From an uncultured Gammaproteobacteria bacterium (GTDB lineage Bacteria; Patescibacteriota; Microgenomatia; Levybacterales; GWA1-39-11), in assembly GCA_964427615.1 (NCBI GenBank), contig CAYRUR010000002.1, positions 17,847-81,846 of the forward strand: DNA of 64,000 nucleotides. Direction: 5' to 3'. Positions 9,101-17,098 of this stretch are shown here, in pieces; positions within the stretch are counted from its first letter, which is position 1; each line of letters opens with the position of its first letter. The notes under the pieces are model-generated. The model ran no database searches. It had not been told where the DNA came from and worked only from the letters and a program-made list of their open reading frames with translations. The position numbers were made by a program, and so were the translations under genes.

Positions 9101-11859
9101 TAATCAGTAACAAAGCAGGGCAGAAACTGCAAAAAGGATTTCTAGAAAGAGCTAAGAATTGGAAAGACAAACCAAAAGTTTTTTACGTAAGAGAACGTTT
9201 TGACAGAAACCTTGAAGATATAGCAGGAGAAGATGCGCCTATGCTTATCGAGAGGTATTTTAAACCAGTGCAAAAAGCAGAAGCTAACAGGCAAAGGTGG
9301 TTGAATCAAGAACGTACAGCAATCAAGAAACTTGACATCAAACCCGGTAGTGCAGAATCAAGAGTACTACAACTATATGGTGAAAGAAAGATGAGTCTTG
9401 ACAGACTTAAAAAAGAACTTCCTAATACTTGGCAAAAGGTAGTTGAGGCGGAAAAAATATTTAGAACAAAATATGACCAATACCTTGTTGATATCAATAA
9501 GGTGCTTGTGCGAAATGGATACGATCCCATTCCTAAAAGAAAAGACTACTTTATTCACTTTCATGATCTGAGCAATGTTTTAGAGCGGTTTGGTATTCCT
9601 GTACGAGACAACACCATTCCCACTGATATTTCAGGACTTACCGCAGACTTTAAACCAGGAAAAAACTTTTTCACCAGTGCACTCCCCAGAGAAGGAGACT
9701 TAACTGATTTTGACGCTGTTAAAGGTATGGACCGTTATCTTGAAGGAGCAAGCAAGCAGATTTTCCACACTGATAATATTCAGAATTTGAGATTATTTGA
9801 AAAGGGCTTAAGAGAACGATTTGCAGGCACAACTCACCTTTCTAATTTTGTTGCTGATCTAGGAGAATACATCAATAATTTAGCAGGCAAGAAATCAATG
9901 CTTGATAGAAGTGCTGAAGGATTAGTAGGTAGAAATGTCTATGCAGGAGCACAGCGAATTAGAAAACAGGTAGGAGCAAACATGGTGGGAGCTAATATAT
10001 CTTCTGCTTTAACAAATTCCATTCCTCTTACCCAATCTCTTGCTACAACTAGCAAACCAGCTTTTGTCAAAGGCATGTTAGGAGCTGTTATTTCTCCTTT
10101 AAAAAATGACGGATTTGCTCAAAAGTCAGACTTCTTAACAAGACGTTTTGGTTCAGATCCACTTTTTGTGAGAAATTGGGATAAGGTTGCAAATAAGGGT
10201 GCTTGGATTTTTAAAGTTGTTGATAGATTTGTCTCTGAAACCATTACTAGGGCAAAGTATCATGAAGGACTTTCAAAAGGCTTGTCTCCAGAACAAGCAC
10301 TTAAAAGAGCAGATGATTACGCATCACGCTTAATAGGGGATAGGTCTCTTGGTTCACAACCAACCTTATTTGACTCAAAAACAGCTGGATTTCTTACTCA
10401 ATTTCAACTTGAAGTTAACAACCAAGTATCAGTACTTATGAAGGATATCCCTCGCATGAATGAGGGAAACAAAGTAGCCATAGCTTCTGCATTAGGACAA
10501 GTGGCACTCTATTCCTATCTTTATAACAACCTCTATGAAAGCTTTTTTGGCAGAAGACCTGCTTTTGATCCATTAGGAGTAGGTATACAGGCATATGAGG
10601 ACTATACCAACCCCGATATGAAGGAAGGGCAGGCTACCAAAAACACTGCAATAAACATTGCAAGCCAACTTCCCTTTACCTCTGTTCTCACAGGAGGTAG
10701 ATTGCCTACTAATGCAGCTCTTCCCGATGTTTCTGCTCTTGTAAAAGGAGAGACAAGCGTAGGTAAAGAGTTGCTAAAGCCGGTAACCTACATATTTCCT
10801 CCCACAGGCGGAGGGCAGATTAAGAAAACAATCGAAGGAATTGGTGCATTTGCACAAGGTGGAAGTGTCAGCAAATCAGGGAGAGTGCGTTATCCTATTG
10901 AGCAAACGCCTGGTAATTTTCTAAGAACTGCCATTGGTGGGCAATACGCTTTACCACAAGCAAGAGAATACTTTAGAGAAGGAAGAACTCCTTTAGGTGA
11001 AGCTCAATCTGAAGCATTCCTAAATACACCTATAGATCAAAAGCAAGCTTTTTACGATACGATTATGCAGCAAAGAGCAGATAAAAGAGAGGATGACAGA
11101 ATAAATGATGCAATTAAATCTAATGGAGATGTATCACAGACAGGAGATATAATACGCTGGCTGGATGAAGAAGGAAGTGTTCAAACAGTAGATCTCTCAG
11201 AAAAAGCCATCTCTACCACCAAAAAAGGAATTGACGCCTATGATAAAGATAGTAGTAATAGCCCTGCTGCTAAAGCACGTAAAATCTTTTCTGCACCAGA
11301 GGATCAAGTATCCTCAGAACAAAAAGAGGCAATCTATAAAAAGTTTGGGTTCACAGCAGAAGATGTGCGCTACGACTATATCTCTCAAGATAAATTCTCC
11401 AACGATGAAAGAACTGCATATATTGTTGATAAAGATCTTAGCCATGATGAGCTTGTTGAGCGCATCTTAACAGGTAGACGGGAAAGTATCTCAGGTAAGA
11501 TGTTTGTGAGGGATGGAGTAATTGATAATTTGCGAGATTTAGGACTACTTAGCTACGGTGAGGCAAAACAACTAAAAGCAATTAAACTAGATAAAGATGG
11601 AAAAGCAAAAACAGGTTCAGGAAGAAAAGGATCAAATAAACAACTAAAAGCTATATTAAAATCAAAACAACAGGATGCAAAAGAATTGTCAGAACTTTTT
11701 GGATCACTTACTAAAAGCTCAGAAGGTAAAGCGAGAAGATCAAAAGCAGTAAATTTGGCGAGTGTACTTAATACAAAAAATAGTAATACTTCCTCTAAAA
11801 AACGCATAGAAGACGTATTGCGCCAAAAGCGTAAAATCGCTCCTATCAACTCAATATAG
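6148..11859 (+). CDS. Large polyvalent / DNA-ejection protein with LPD23-like zincin region and PBECR3-like nuclease domain
   Basis: 1903 aa. KPRFEIDD (7372), LLHEVQHVIQ.IEGFARG (HEXXH at 7630) and GEIESR match LPD23-like domains. HTIDSFDVRH...YVEEIR...LKTMYK (~8160-8440) matches PBECR-like domains. Recognised by eye. Confidence 0.7.
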   Translation: MGFLNDILKTLKRNTLDKTDLDEKAGSFISQNVTRPTVRGLSDIKNFIKSPQSIDLPEVPDFAKRVGEINTPFGNFQPLPFVRDVVNEPFSFAANTASDLVQAGVRLAKQKPYTQYQNLKSPASKFGYNIGALANPRLKEQLGIKNNPQEVIANVAETVMGPLSVYGGGKIFSTGKQALKQSGAKSLRKILKKEAKINAKIGGFYGSMSGLAEGRNDELGDQLVKGARGGVTGIIGGGALGTAIPLAGAGTRRALNSHNKMMREESLEQFARNLPKYLETPKLDPVIAKYKRALQVDKRTAKEIKEAIYQTFSGYLDKGADILDRSTKEFLPQFDNLDPRSKAHIWAYILDRKQNLGKVPPHPLIQDLDNAIFKVAGFDVRQSGTFAGPKAAEWALRKTGKFTNLMDKKPRFEIDDRKSKVDLGEIYTNGFYSASLNKVLKHPELFKQYPELKDIKVKLEPLDLGTNGFYDPKTNSITINELAVESVDPKQLLLHEVQHVIQGIEGFARGASVGMDEKEIIRKFRPMVENLPAFRDLKTEVEKNDFIINFARSQTRSNDLRELAYDAYRKSSGEIESRSVENRMGMTPEQRATTLPYSDQGIPLKDTITRLDDGSVQEDIPQNIREIGGKIKDFITRNFSNRENTKLELFEAQPKTVAFIQEKLGIDVSKFKHTIDSFDVRHATNRHSAFNKGNLQKGEVPLTIEDFENVPLILSNPDNIRLSSKPTKQGNFAIIYQKRIGNEVYYVEEIRNSSRTLALKTMYKQKPSSVSYSLEDPNFVRPSEKTPTSEGNEGIIPQVSKTSQPISNLGNLSRQQLLKVQPRTVRLQERLNPNNLSSSNQVLPEVPSSVSLNDSIPQLPAPMNRIALPGGFVARTPGEAKRLFKKTGQAPELDFSLRNSKKPIEIKGEAQFYNAEPNSAKLKIRSQKAKENQFKTEFDEWQDHLFDTTGARTVKGAIDDVAKLMGEATEAGQRRSFENTSTGKIISNKAGQKLQKGFLERAKNWKDKPKVFYVRERFDRNLEDIAGEDAPMLIERYFKPVQKAEANRQRWLNQERTAIKKLDIKPGSAESRVLQLYGERKMSLDRLKKELPNTWQKVVEAEKIFRTKYDQYLVDINKVLVRNGYDPIPKRKDYFIHFHDLSNVLERFGIPVRDNTIPTDISGLTADFKPGKNFFTSALPREGDLTDFDAVKGMDRYLEGASKQIFHTDNIQNLRLFEKGLRERFAGTTHLSNFVADLGEYINNLAGKKSMLDRSAEGLVGRNVYAGAQRIRKQVGANMVGANISSALTNSIPLTQSLATTSKPAFVKGMLGAVISPLKNDGFAQKSDFLTRRFGSDPLFVRNWDKVANKGAWIFKVVDRFVSETITRAKYHEGLSKGLSPEQALKRADDYASRLIGDRSLGSQPTLFDSKTAGFLTQFQLEVNNQVSVLMKDIPRMNEGNKVAIASALGQVALYSYLYNNLYESFFGRRPAFDPLGVGIQAYEDYTNPDMKEGQATKNTAINIASQLPFTSVLTGGRLPTNAALPDVSALVKGETSVGKELLKPVTYIFPPTGGGQIKKTIEGIGAFAQGGSVSKSGRVRYPIEQTPGNFLRTAIGGQYALPQAREYFREGRTPLGEAQSEAFLNTPIDQKQAFYDTIMQQRADKREDDRINDAIKSNGDVSQTGDIIRWLDEEGSVQTVDLSEKAISTTKKGIDAYDKDSSNSPAAKARKIFSAPEDQVSSEQKEAIYKKFGFTAEDVRYDYISQDKFSNDERTAYIVDKDLSHDELVERILTGRRESISGKMFVRDGVIDNLRDLGLLSYGEAKQLKAIKLDKDGKAKTGSGRKGSNKQLKAILKSKQQDAKELSELFGSLTKSSEGKARRSKAVNLASVLNTKNSNTSSKKRIEDVLRQKRKIAPINSI
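8445..8520 (-). ncRNA. Candidate antisense structured small RNA nested in the polyvalent gene
   Basis: TGTGGTATAAT promoter at 8540-8530; 7-bp closing stem ACCUUCC/GGAAGGU enclosing two GUCU-loop-AGAC hairpins; followed by UUUUGUUU. Confidence 0.5.
8564..8701 (-). CDS. Nested antisense 45-aa single-pass membrane peptide (MKHYWELQEGPDWNLKDYLGSIVLVIVLFLVVLLIAVAWTNSPSY)
   Basis: ATG8701-TAA8564; 18 consecutive hydrophobic residues; TGTGGTATACT extended -10 lies 8 nt upstream of the ATG. Confidence 0.55.
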   Translation of the reverse strand: MKHYWELQEGPDWNLKDYLGSIVLVIVLFLVVLLIAVAWTNSPSY

Positions 11860-11902
11860 CCACAAAAAAGGCCACACACGTTAGCTTAAGAATAGAGGGA
11901 CT

Positions 11903-12817
11903 ATGATCTATCTTGCTAACGATAAATACAACGATGCTCTAACTTCCGGTTATACTGTGGGTCAATCAACCCTTTATATCTCAACTCCTCCTGATAACGT
12001 ACCAACTATTATTGTTGCAGCAAAAGGAACAGATAACGAGACCGTTTTCGCAGTAACCGGTAAAACAGTTAACTCACTTACTGGTGTTACAAGGCTTCGT
12101 GGTGCAAATGTAGACTTAGACGCTCAAACTCCTATTACCTGTCTTAATAATCAAGAGTTTGTAAATCAGTATGCAAATGCTGTATCCAGTGCTCAGTCCC
12201 TATCTGACATTATATTCGCAGTAGATGGAGGCTCTACTGACGACTACGCAATATCTGTTGATCCTGCTCCTTCTGCATATGTTGAAGGTAATCTTTTCTT
12301 ATTCAAAGCAAACACTGCAAACACTGGAGCTTGCACTTTAAATGTAAATGGACTTGGTGCAAAAGCATTAAAAATCAATAAAGATCAGGATCCTCCTAGT
12401 GGATATATCAAGGCAGGTTCAATTGTTGTTGTTGTGTACAACGGAACAAACTTTGAGATTGTGAGCGTAGCAACTTCTCCTGGTGTAACAAATGCTGAGA
12501 TAACAGCAATAGATGGCCCAACAGTAACCTTTGATCTTAATGCAACTAATAAGCATAAGGTTGTCTTAGGTGGTAATAGAATCCTAGCACTCTCAGGAGG
12601 GTATTTGGATCAATACTTCACTATTAAGCTAGTTCAGGACGCAACAGGAGGTAGAACACCCACTTGGTTCTCGGGAATTACATGGGCGGGCGGTTCTGCT
12701 CCCAGCCTTACTACAACTGCTAATAAAGCAGATAGATTCGGATTCATTGTTACAAGTGTTGATGCAAGCGGAGTACCAAACGCATTTGAAGGACATGTGA
12801 TTGGGCAGGATATATAA
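11903..12817 (+). CDS. Putative tail fibre (proximal) protein
   Basis: T/G/A-rich beta protein after the ejection genes; FKANTANTGACTLNVNGLGAK and QDATGGRT..W motifs are common in phage fibres. Confidence 0.6.
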   Translation: MIYLANDKYNDALTSGYTVGQSTLYISTPPDNVPTIIVAAKGTDNETVFAVTGKTVNSLTGVTRLRGANVDLDAQTPITCLNNQEFVNQYANAVSSAQSLSDIIFAVDGGSTDDYAISVDPAPSAYVEGNLFLFKANTANTGACTLNVNGLGAKALKINKDQDPPSGYIKAGSIVVVVYNGTNFEIVSVATSPGVTNAEITAIDGPTVTFDLNATNKHKVVLGGNRILALSGGYLDQYFTIKLVQDATGGRTPTWFSGITWAGGSAPSLTTTANKADRFGFIVTSVDASGVPNAFEGHVIGQDI

Positions 12818-12819
12818 CT

Positions 12820-13977
12820 ATGGCACAACTTCAATTCAGGTCTGACGACACAATTGAATGGAAAGAAGGATTTGGAAACGGTAAAGACGGAGATTTGGTT
12901 ATTTCTACCAATAGTACTTTTTCTGCTGCTAATGCTGGTTGTGTTGGCGCCTTGGGCACCAAAACTTTGACGCTTGATGCTATCTCAACTTTTGCCAATG
13001 GAGACTTAATCCTAATTCATCAGTCACGAGGTGTAGGCGCTGGCAGCTGGCAGTTAAACAAAATTCTATCAGGAGCAGGCACCACTACTCTTACCTTAGC
13101 CCATGACCTAACCAACACCTACACTGACTCAGGGGACTCTCAAGCTCAAGTCTTACAACTCAAACAGTACCGCTCAGTGACAGTTAATACAGGAGTTACC
13201 TGGACAGTCCCTGCCTGGGATCAAAATAAGGGTGGTATTATCGCCTTTTTATGTAAAGGGACTACAACTATCAATGGCACGATTGATGGGGCCGCAGGTA
13301 CCTCTCAAGGACAGGTTAAAGGAGGATATCAAGGAGGTAAAGGACTTAGTGCTCAAAATGCCTGGTCTGGAGAAGGAACAGCGGGCGCAGCCAAGGTTAC
13401 TGATGGCTTTAGTAACGGGAGTGGAGGAGAAGGTGGACATGATTATCAAAACAACGCTGGAGCTGGAGGAGGAAATGGAACTGCTGGTCAAAGTGTTACA
13501 GGTAGAGCTGGTGGTTCAGTTTCAGGCAATACTGAGTTAACGCTTATTACTTTTGGTGGTGGTGGTGGAGGTTCTGGGTATGATGGTGGAGTTGGAGGAA
13601 ACGGTATTTGGGGAGGTGGCGGAGGTGCTCTTGGTATTATCATCTCCAAAGACTTTACCTGTGCTTCTGCTAACTCAATTACCTTTAATGGCTCTAATGG
13701 GTTTGCTGAATTTCAATCAGCAGGTGGAGCAGGAGCAGGGGGCTCACTCTTGCTTAAAGGAGAAACTATTAATGTTGGTTCAGGAAAGATCGTGGCTGTA
13801 GGCGGGAGTGGAGTGAGTGGAAGCTTAAAAACCAGTGGTAATGGAGGCACAGGCCGTATCCACGCTGACTACAGCAAGTCCATATTAGGCACTACTAGTC
13901 CTACGATTGACAGCAGGCTAGACCCAACGATTAAAGAAATGACATCTGGAGGATCATTTTTATTGAATTTTATATAA
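12820..13977 (+). CDS. Glycine-rich tail fibre / receptor-binding protein
   Basis: Repeated GGGG, GGAG and GG.GRI motifs; position before the lysis genes. Confidence 0.6.
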   Translation: MAQLQFRSDDTIEWKEGFGNGKDGDLVISTNSTFSAANAGCVGALGTKTLTLDAISTFANGDLILIHQSRGVGAGSWQLNKILSGAGTTTLTLAHDLTNTYTDSGDSQAQVLQLKQYRSVTVNTGVTWTVPAWDQNKGGIIAFLCKGTTTINGTIDGAAGTSQGQVKGGYQGGKGLSAQNAWSGEGTAGAAKVTDGFSNGSGGEGGHDYQNNAGAGGGNGTAGQSVTGRAGGSVSGNTELTLITFGGGGGGSGYDGGVGGNGIWGGGGGALGIIISKDFTCASANSITFNGSNGFAEFQSAGGAGAGGSLLLKGETINVGSGKIVAVGGSGVSGSLKTSGNGGTGRIHADYSKSILGTTSPTIDSRLDPTIKEMTSGGSFLLNFI

Positions 13978-13979
13978 CT

Positions 13980-14237
13980 ATGGCAAAAATTGAACTTGAA
14001 CTATTAGAAAAACTCTTTGACGCAAAACTTGCGCCTATTGCTGAAGATGTTAAGAACATTAAACAAGCAATTAACGGTAATGGCAAACCGGGACTTAAAC
14101 AGAGAGTAATGACACTTGAGGATCAACACCAAGGTATCACAAAGAAGTTTGCTATTGCTACAGGCGTGCTTAGTCTCACTCTTATGACAGTTTTTGAAAT
14201 AGGAAGAAAGTTCTTAGAGAAAAAAATAGGATTATGA
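13980..14237 (+). CDS. Small membrane protein, holin-like
   Basis: 85 aa, GNGKPGL motif, coiled coil plus one C-terminal TM helix; overlaps the endolysin start (ATGA). Confidence 0.5.
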   Translation: MAKIELELLEKLFDAKLAPIAEDVKNIKQAINGNGKPGLKQRVMTLEDQHQGITKKFAIATGVLSLTLMTVFEIGRKFLEKKIGL

Positions 14238-15391
14238 AAAAAGTTTGTATTGCAGTAGGACATTGGAATATAGAAGGTATAACCTCACAAGGTCTTAGAA
14301 AGTGGAGAAGGGTAGATGCGCTTAAAAAATCTACTGGTGCAAGTGGGGAGCGGAATTATCACTGGGATAAAGTTATGCCTCTATTGAGAGATAAGCTTAT
14401 CAAAGCAGGAATTCAAGTACATATTACTGATGCTATATACAGTAATGACATATACAAACAAGACTACGACTTATTAATTGCACTCCATTATGATGGTGGA
14501 GGGACTGAAAATAGGTGCATGATTTCCTCTCCCTTAAGAGGCGTAAATCCTCCTTACCTATATAAAGAAGCCCATGACAAAGCGGATGAATTCTGTCGAA
14601 TTTGGAAAGAGATTTACCCTGCCATGACAGGAGCCATTAATAGAGATAATCGCATTACTGCTGGCATGACAGAGCATTATTTATGGGATTACGTGAAAGA
14701 AGGTACTCCCGCAGTTCTTATTGAACACTTTAACCATACCTCCGCAAAAGGACAAGAACTTAAGAATAATCCAGGGTTAGTAGCAGAAGCAGATTTTCAA
14801 GCAATAGTTAAATTTTTAGGTATTCAAGTAGAAAGCCCTAAACCTCAACAAGAACCAACAATGACTATCTCAGTAGTTGAGCGTGATTGGTTAGTGAGTC
14901 GTGCAACAACCGCCAAAGAAGTTGCCCAGTACCTAGAGATAGACAACCCAGACCATGCCCCCTTTGACACCTATAAAAAAGTAATTGCAGGTATCAAAAG
15001 TACTGCTACAGCAATCCAAACGCAACTTACGGATACTCTCGAAAAACTTGCTGAAGCAACTCAGGAAATAGCCAATAGAAAAGAACAGGTTAGCAGGTTA
15101 GAAAACCTAGTGACAGAGAAGCAAAAATACTATTTAGCCCAGATTGATAGTCTAAATAAGAACTTCAAAAACACCCCAGAACTGATGAGGGTAGCAGAGG
15201 GCAGGATAGCAGCACTGGAAGGGCAGTTAGATCAAGCACAAAAAGACAAAGGGAAGGCATTAAATCAGGTAGCAATACTACAAGCAAGCCTTGATGCATG
15301 TCAAAAGGCGAATACTCAAAAACTTGATACAAATACTCTCATTGTGGAGCTTATTAAAAGGGTTATTCCATTGGTTAAAAAAGGACTATGA
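14234..15391 (+). CDS. Endolysin: N-acetylmuramoyl-L-alanine amidase (Amidase_3-like) with C-terminal coiled coil
   Basis: Zn/catalytic pattern AVGH...GE...ALHYD...PAVLIEH; last ~170 aa are heptad-rich. Confidence 0.75.
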   Translation: MKKVCIAVGHWNIEGITSQGLRKWRRVDALKKSTGASGERNYHWDKVMPLLRDKLIKAGIQVHITDAIYSNDIYKQDYDLLIALHYDGGGTENRCMISSPLRGVNPPYLYKEAHDKADEFCRIWKEIYPAMTGAINRDNRITAGMTEHYLWDYVKEGTPAVLIEHFNHTSAKGQELKNNPGLVAEADFQAIVKFLGIQVESPKPQQEPTMTISVVERDWLVSRATTAKEVAQYLEIDNPDHAPFDTYKKVIAGIKSTATAIQTQLTDTLEKLAEATQEIANRKEQVSRLENLVTEKQKYYLAQIDSLNKNFKNTPELMRVAEGRIAALEGQLDQAQKDKGKALNQVAILQASLDACQKANTQKLDTNTLIVELIKRVIPLVKKGL

Positions 15392-15651
15392 ATATTGTCA
15401 GATCAATCAATAACAAAAAATACAGGGCTGTTAGAGCTGAGAAGCAAGGGGAGGATGTAGCTGTCTATTATAGACTGGTCTACTTCACAGGTGAAGTAAG
15501 AAAAATGCTTGGCATACCATACCACGTACTACTTGCAGCAATACGCAATCTAAACATTAAGCGAGCTGGTAGGGATTATCTATTAACTCAAGACGACATT
15601 AAAAAAATTAAAAAAGTGATTGGAGGTGATAAGCATGAGATTACCAACTAG
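15388..15651 (+). CDS. Small basic helix-turn-helix protein (MerR/excisionase-like)
   Basis: YFTGEVRKMLGIPYHVL...R.YLLTQDDIKKIK resembles HTH_17/MerR-type winged HTH. Confidence 0.5.
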   Translation: MNIVRSINNKKYRAVRAEKQGEDVAVYYRLVYFTGEVRKMLGIPYHVLLAAIRNLNIKRAGRDYLLTQDDIKKIKKVIGGDKHEITN

Positions 15652-15883
15652 AGATAGCGCAGCAGGAAAAGGAATTGCAACAGCATTACAAGCCCTGTGT
15701 GGCTTTATATTTGGCTTGGTGTTAGTTGTATGGAACGTGCCAGGAGTACCACAAGCAGTCTTTGGGTACGTACAGAATAACGTAATTGCATTAATTATGT
15801 TTTTCGGAGTTCCAATGGCAATAGCATCAGGAGTTGTAGGTTTTGTTATGAACCTTATTAGAGAAGAAGTTAAAAACTACTAA
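15635..15883 (+). CDS. Putative holin (2 TM helices)
   Basis: ATG15635 preceded by GGAGGTGA; two hydrophobic segments; inside the lysis region. Confidence 0.55.
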   Translation: MRLPTRDSAAGKGIATALQALCGFIFGLVLVVWNVPGVPQAVFGYVQNNVIALIMFFGVPMAIASGVVGFVMNLIREEVKNY

Positions 15884-15897
15884 AACATAAACTAATT

Positions 15898-16251
15898 ATG
15901 GTTGAGAAAAAATACGACTTCACAAACGAAGACGATAGAGCATTGTATCAGTATGCTAAAGGTAATGCGTGGGAACACAATACTCGAAACCTTGAGATAG
16001 CTCAACAAGTTATTAACCCTTCAAGCGAGTCTTTTATTGTCAGGGACTACGACAATTACGGTAATGAAATAGACCTCAAGATAGATAATCAATTTCTCTT
16101 TGGAATGCACCTTATAAAACAAATCCTCATTAAAGAAATCGCTGAATCAGGCGGAGAAGGTGAAGCATACGCTCAAGAACTGCAAGATAAACATTTTGTT
16201 GAAATGATGGAGGGCAGGGATTACCCACTCCCCATACCAGTACATAAATAG
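15898..16251 (+). CDS. Hypothetical phage protein
   Basis: 117-aa ORF co-oriented and tightly packed with neighbours. Confidence 0.65.
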   Translation: MVEKKYDFTNEDDRALYQYAKGNAWEHNTRNLEIAQQVINPSSESFIVRDYDNYGNEIDLKIDNQFLFGMHLIKQILIKEIAESGGEGEAYAQELQDKHFVEMMEGRDYPLPIPVHK

Positions 16252-16262
16252 AAGGAGGCAGT

Positions 16263-16655
16263 ATGGTAAGACGCAAAGAACACTTTCCCCGACACGTAAG
16301 ACGGGAAATGCGTCAGGAACAAGACTATGCCTGTGCTATTTGTGGCACTTCTTGTCGAGGACATAAATTCAATGAACCACCCCTAGAAGCTCATCACATC
16401 ATCCCTGTTAGTAAAGGTGGAACTCACGAAAAACATAATTGTGTAGGGTTATGTAACGAGAATTCATGCCATGAAACAGCTGATTATGTAGCGATTAAAG
16501 AAGGAAAATTCTTTGATGAAGTAGTAATGACTGAGGGAGTTGAATATTATTTAAATCATCCGATGAGAGAGGTATTTATGGATAGAAGGAGACGGAGAGA
16601 GTTAGTTAGGATGAACGAAATTAGGGATGAGTTGTATTCGATGGTGGCGGATTAG
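16263..16655 (+). CDS. HNH endonuclease
   Basis: CxxC...EAHHIIPVSKGG...N...LC...CH motif; AAGGAGG SD upstream. Confidence 0.85.
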   Translation: MVRRKEHFPRHVRREMRQEQDYACAICGTSCRGHKFNEPPLEAHHIIPVSKGGTHEKHNCVGLCNENSCHETADYVAIKEGKFFDEVVMTEGVEYYLNHPMREVFMDRRRRRELVRMNEIRDELYSMVAD

Positions 16656-16894
16656 TAGTAATTCAAGATGCTACTAAGATATCAGTAGCATTAATAGTAG
16701 TAATTATAGGCAGTTTGCGAGTGACATTGATGTCACTACCAAATAAGACCCTAGAGTAAAATAAACCTTTCAAAAATCAGGTTCAAATACACAGCTATAA
16801 ATAACTCTCCCTATACCCTTTTCTAAGGCAGTAATTGATAGAGTAGTCCTACTCAAACTAAATAAGCTTTTCACACGCCTTTTAGCCTCAGAAT

Positions 16895-16924
16895 TTGACA
16901 TATTATGATCTGGTTATATATAAT
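16895..16924 (+). promoter_or_regulatory. Consensus sigma70 promoter
   Basis: TTGACA (16895-16900), 18-bp spacer, TATAAT (16919-16924). Confidence 0.65.
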
Positions 16925-16951
16925 CCCGCCCTTGAAAGGAGGTGATGTAAA

Positions 16952-17098
16952 GTGTTCATGACGTTATTTAAAATTCAAAGGTATTGCATAGGTCGTGAAA
17001 AGTCAGCATCCACAAACCAACAAAAAGCCGTTTGGAGCCTAAGTGGGGGAATTTCAAGGTCATTGTTTTATGTTTATTTAGCAATTTTTAAATATTAA
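16952..17098 (+). CDS. Candidate small ORF, 48 aa (MFMTLFKIQRYCIG...LFYVYLAIFKY)
   Basis: AAAGGAGGTGA SD (16935-16945) 6 nt before GTG; just downstream of the consensus promoter. Confidence 0.4.
   Translation: MFMTLFKIQRYCIGREKSASTNQQKAVWSLSGGISRSLFYVYLAIFKY

Noticed and set aside
12820-13977. Tail fibre as a DGR target, given the Avd-like four-helix-bundle gene
   Set aside because: No reverse transcriptase and no template/variable repeat pair differing at adenines was seen in the window.
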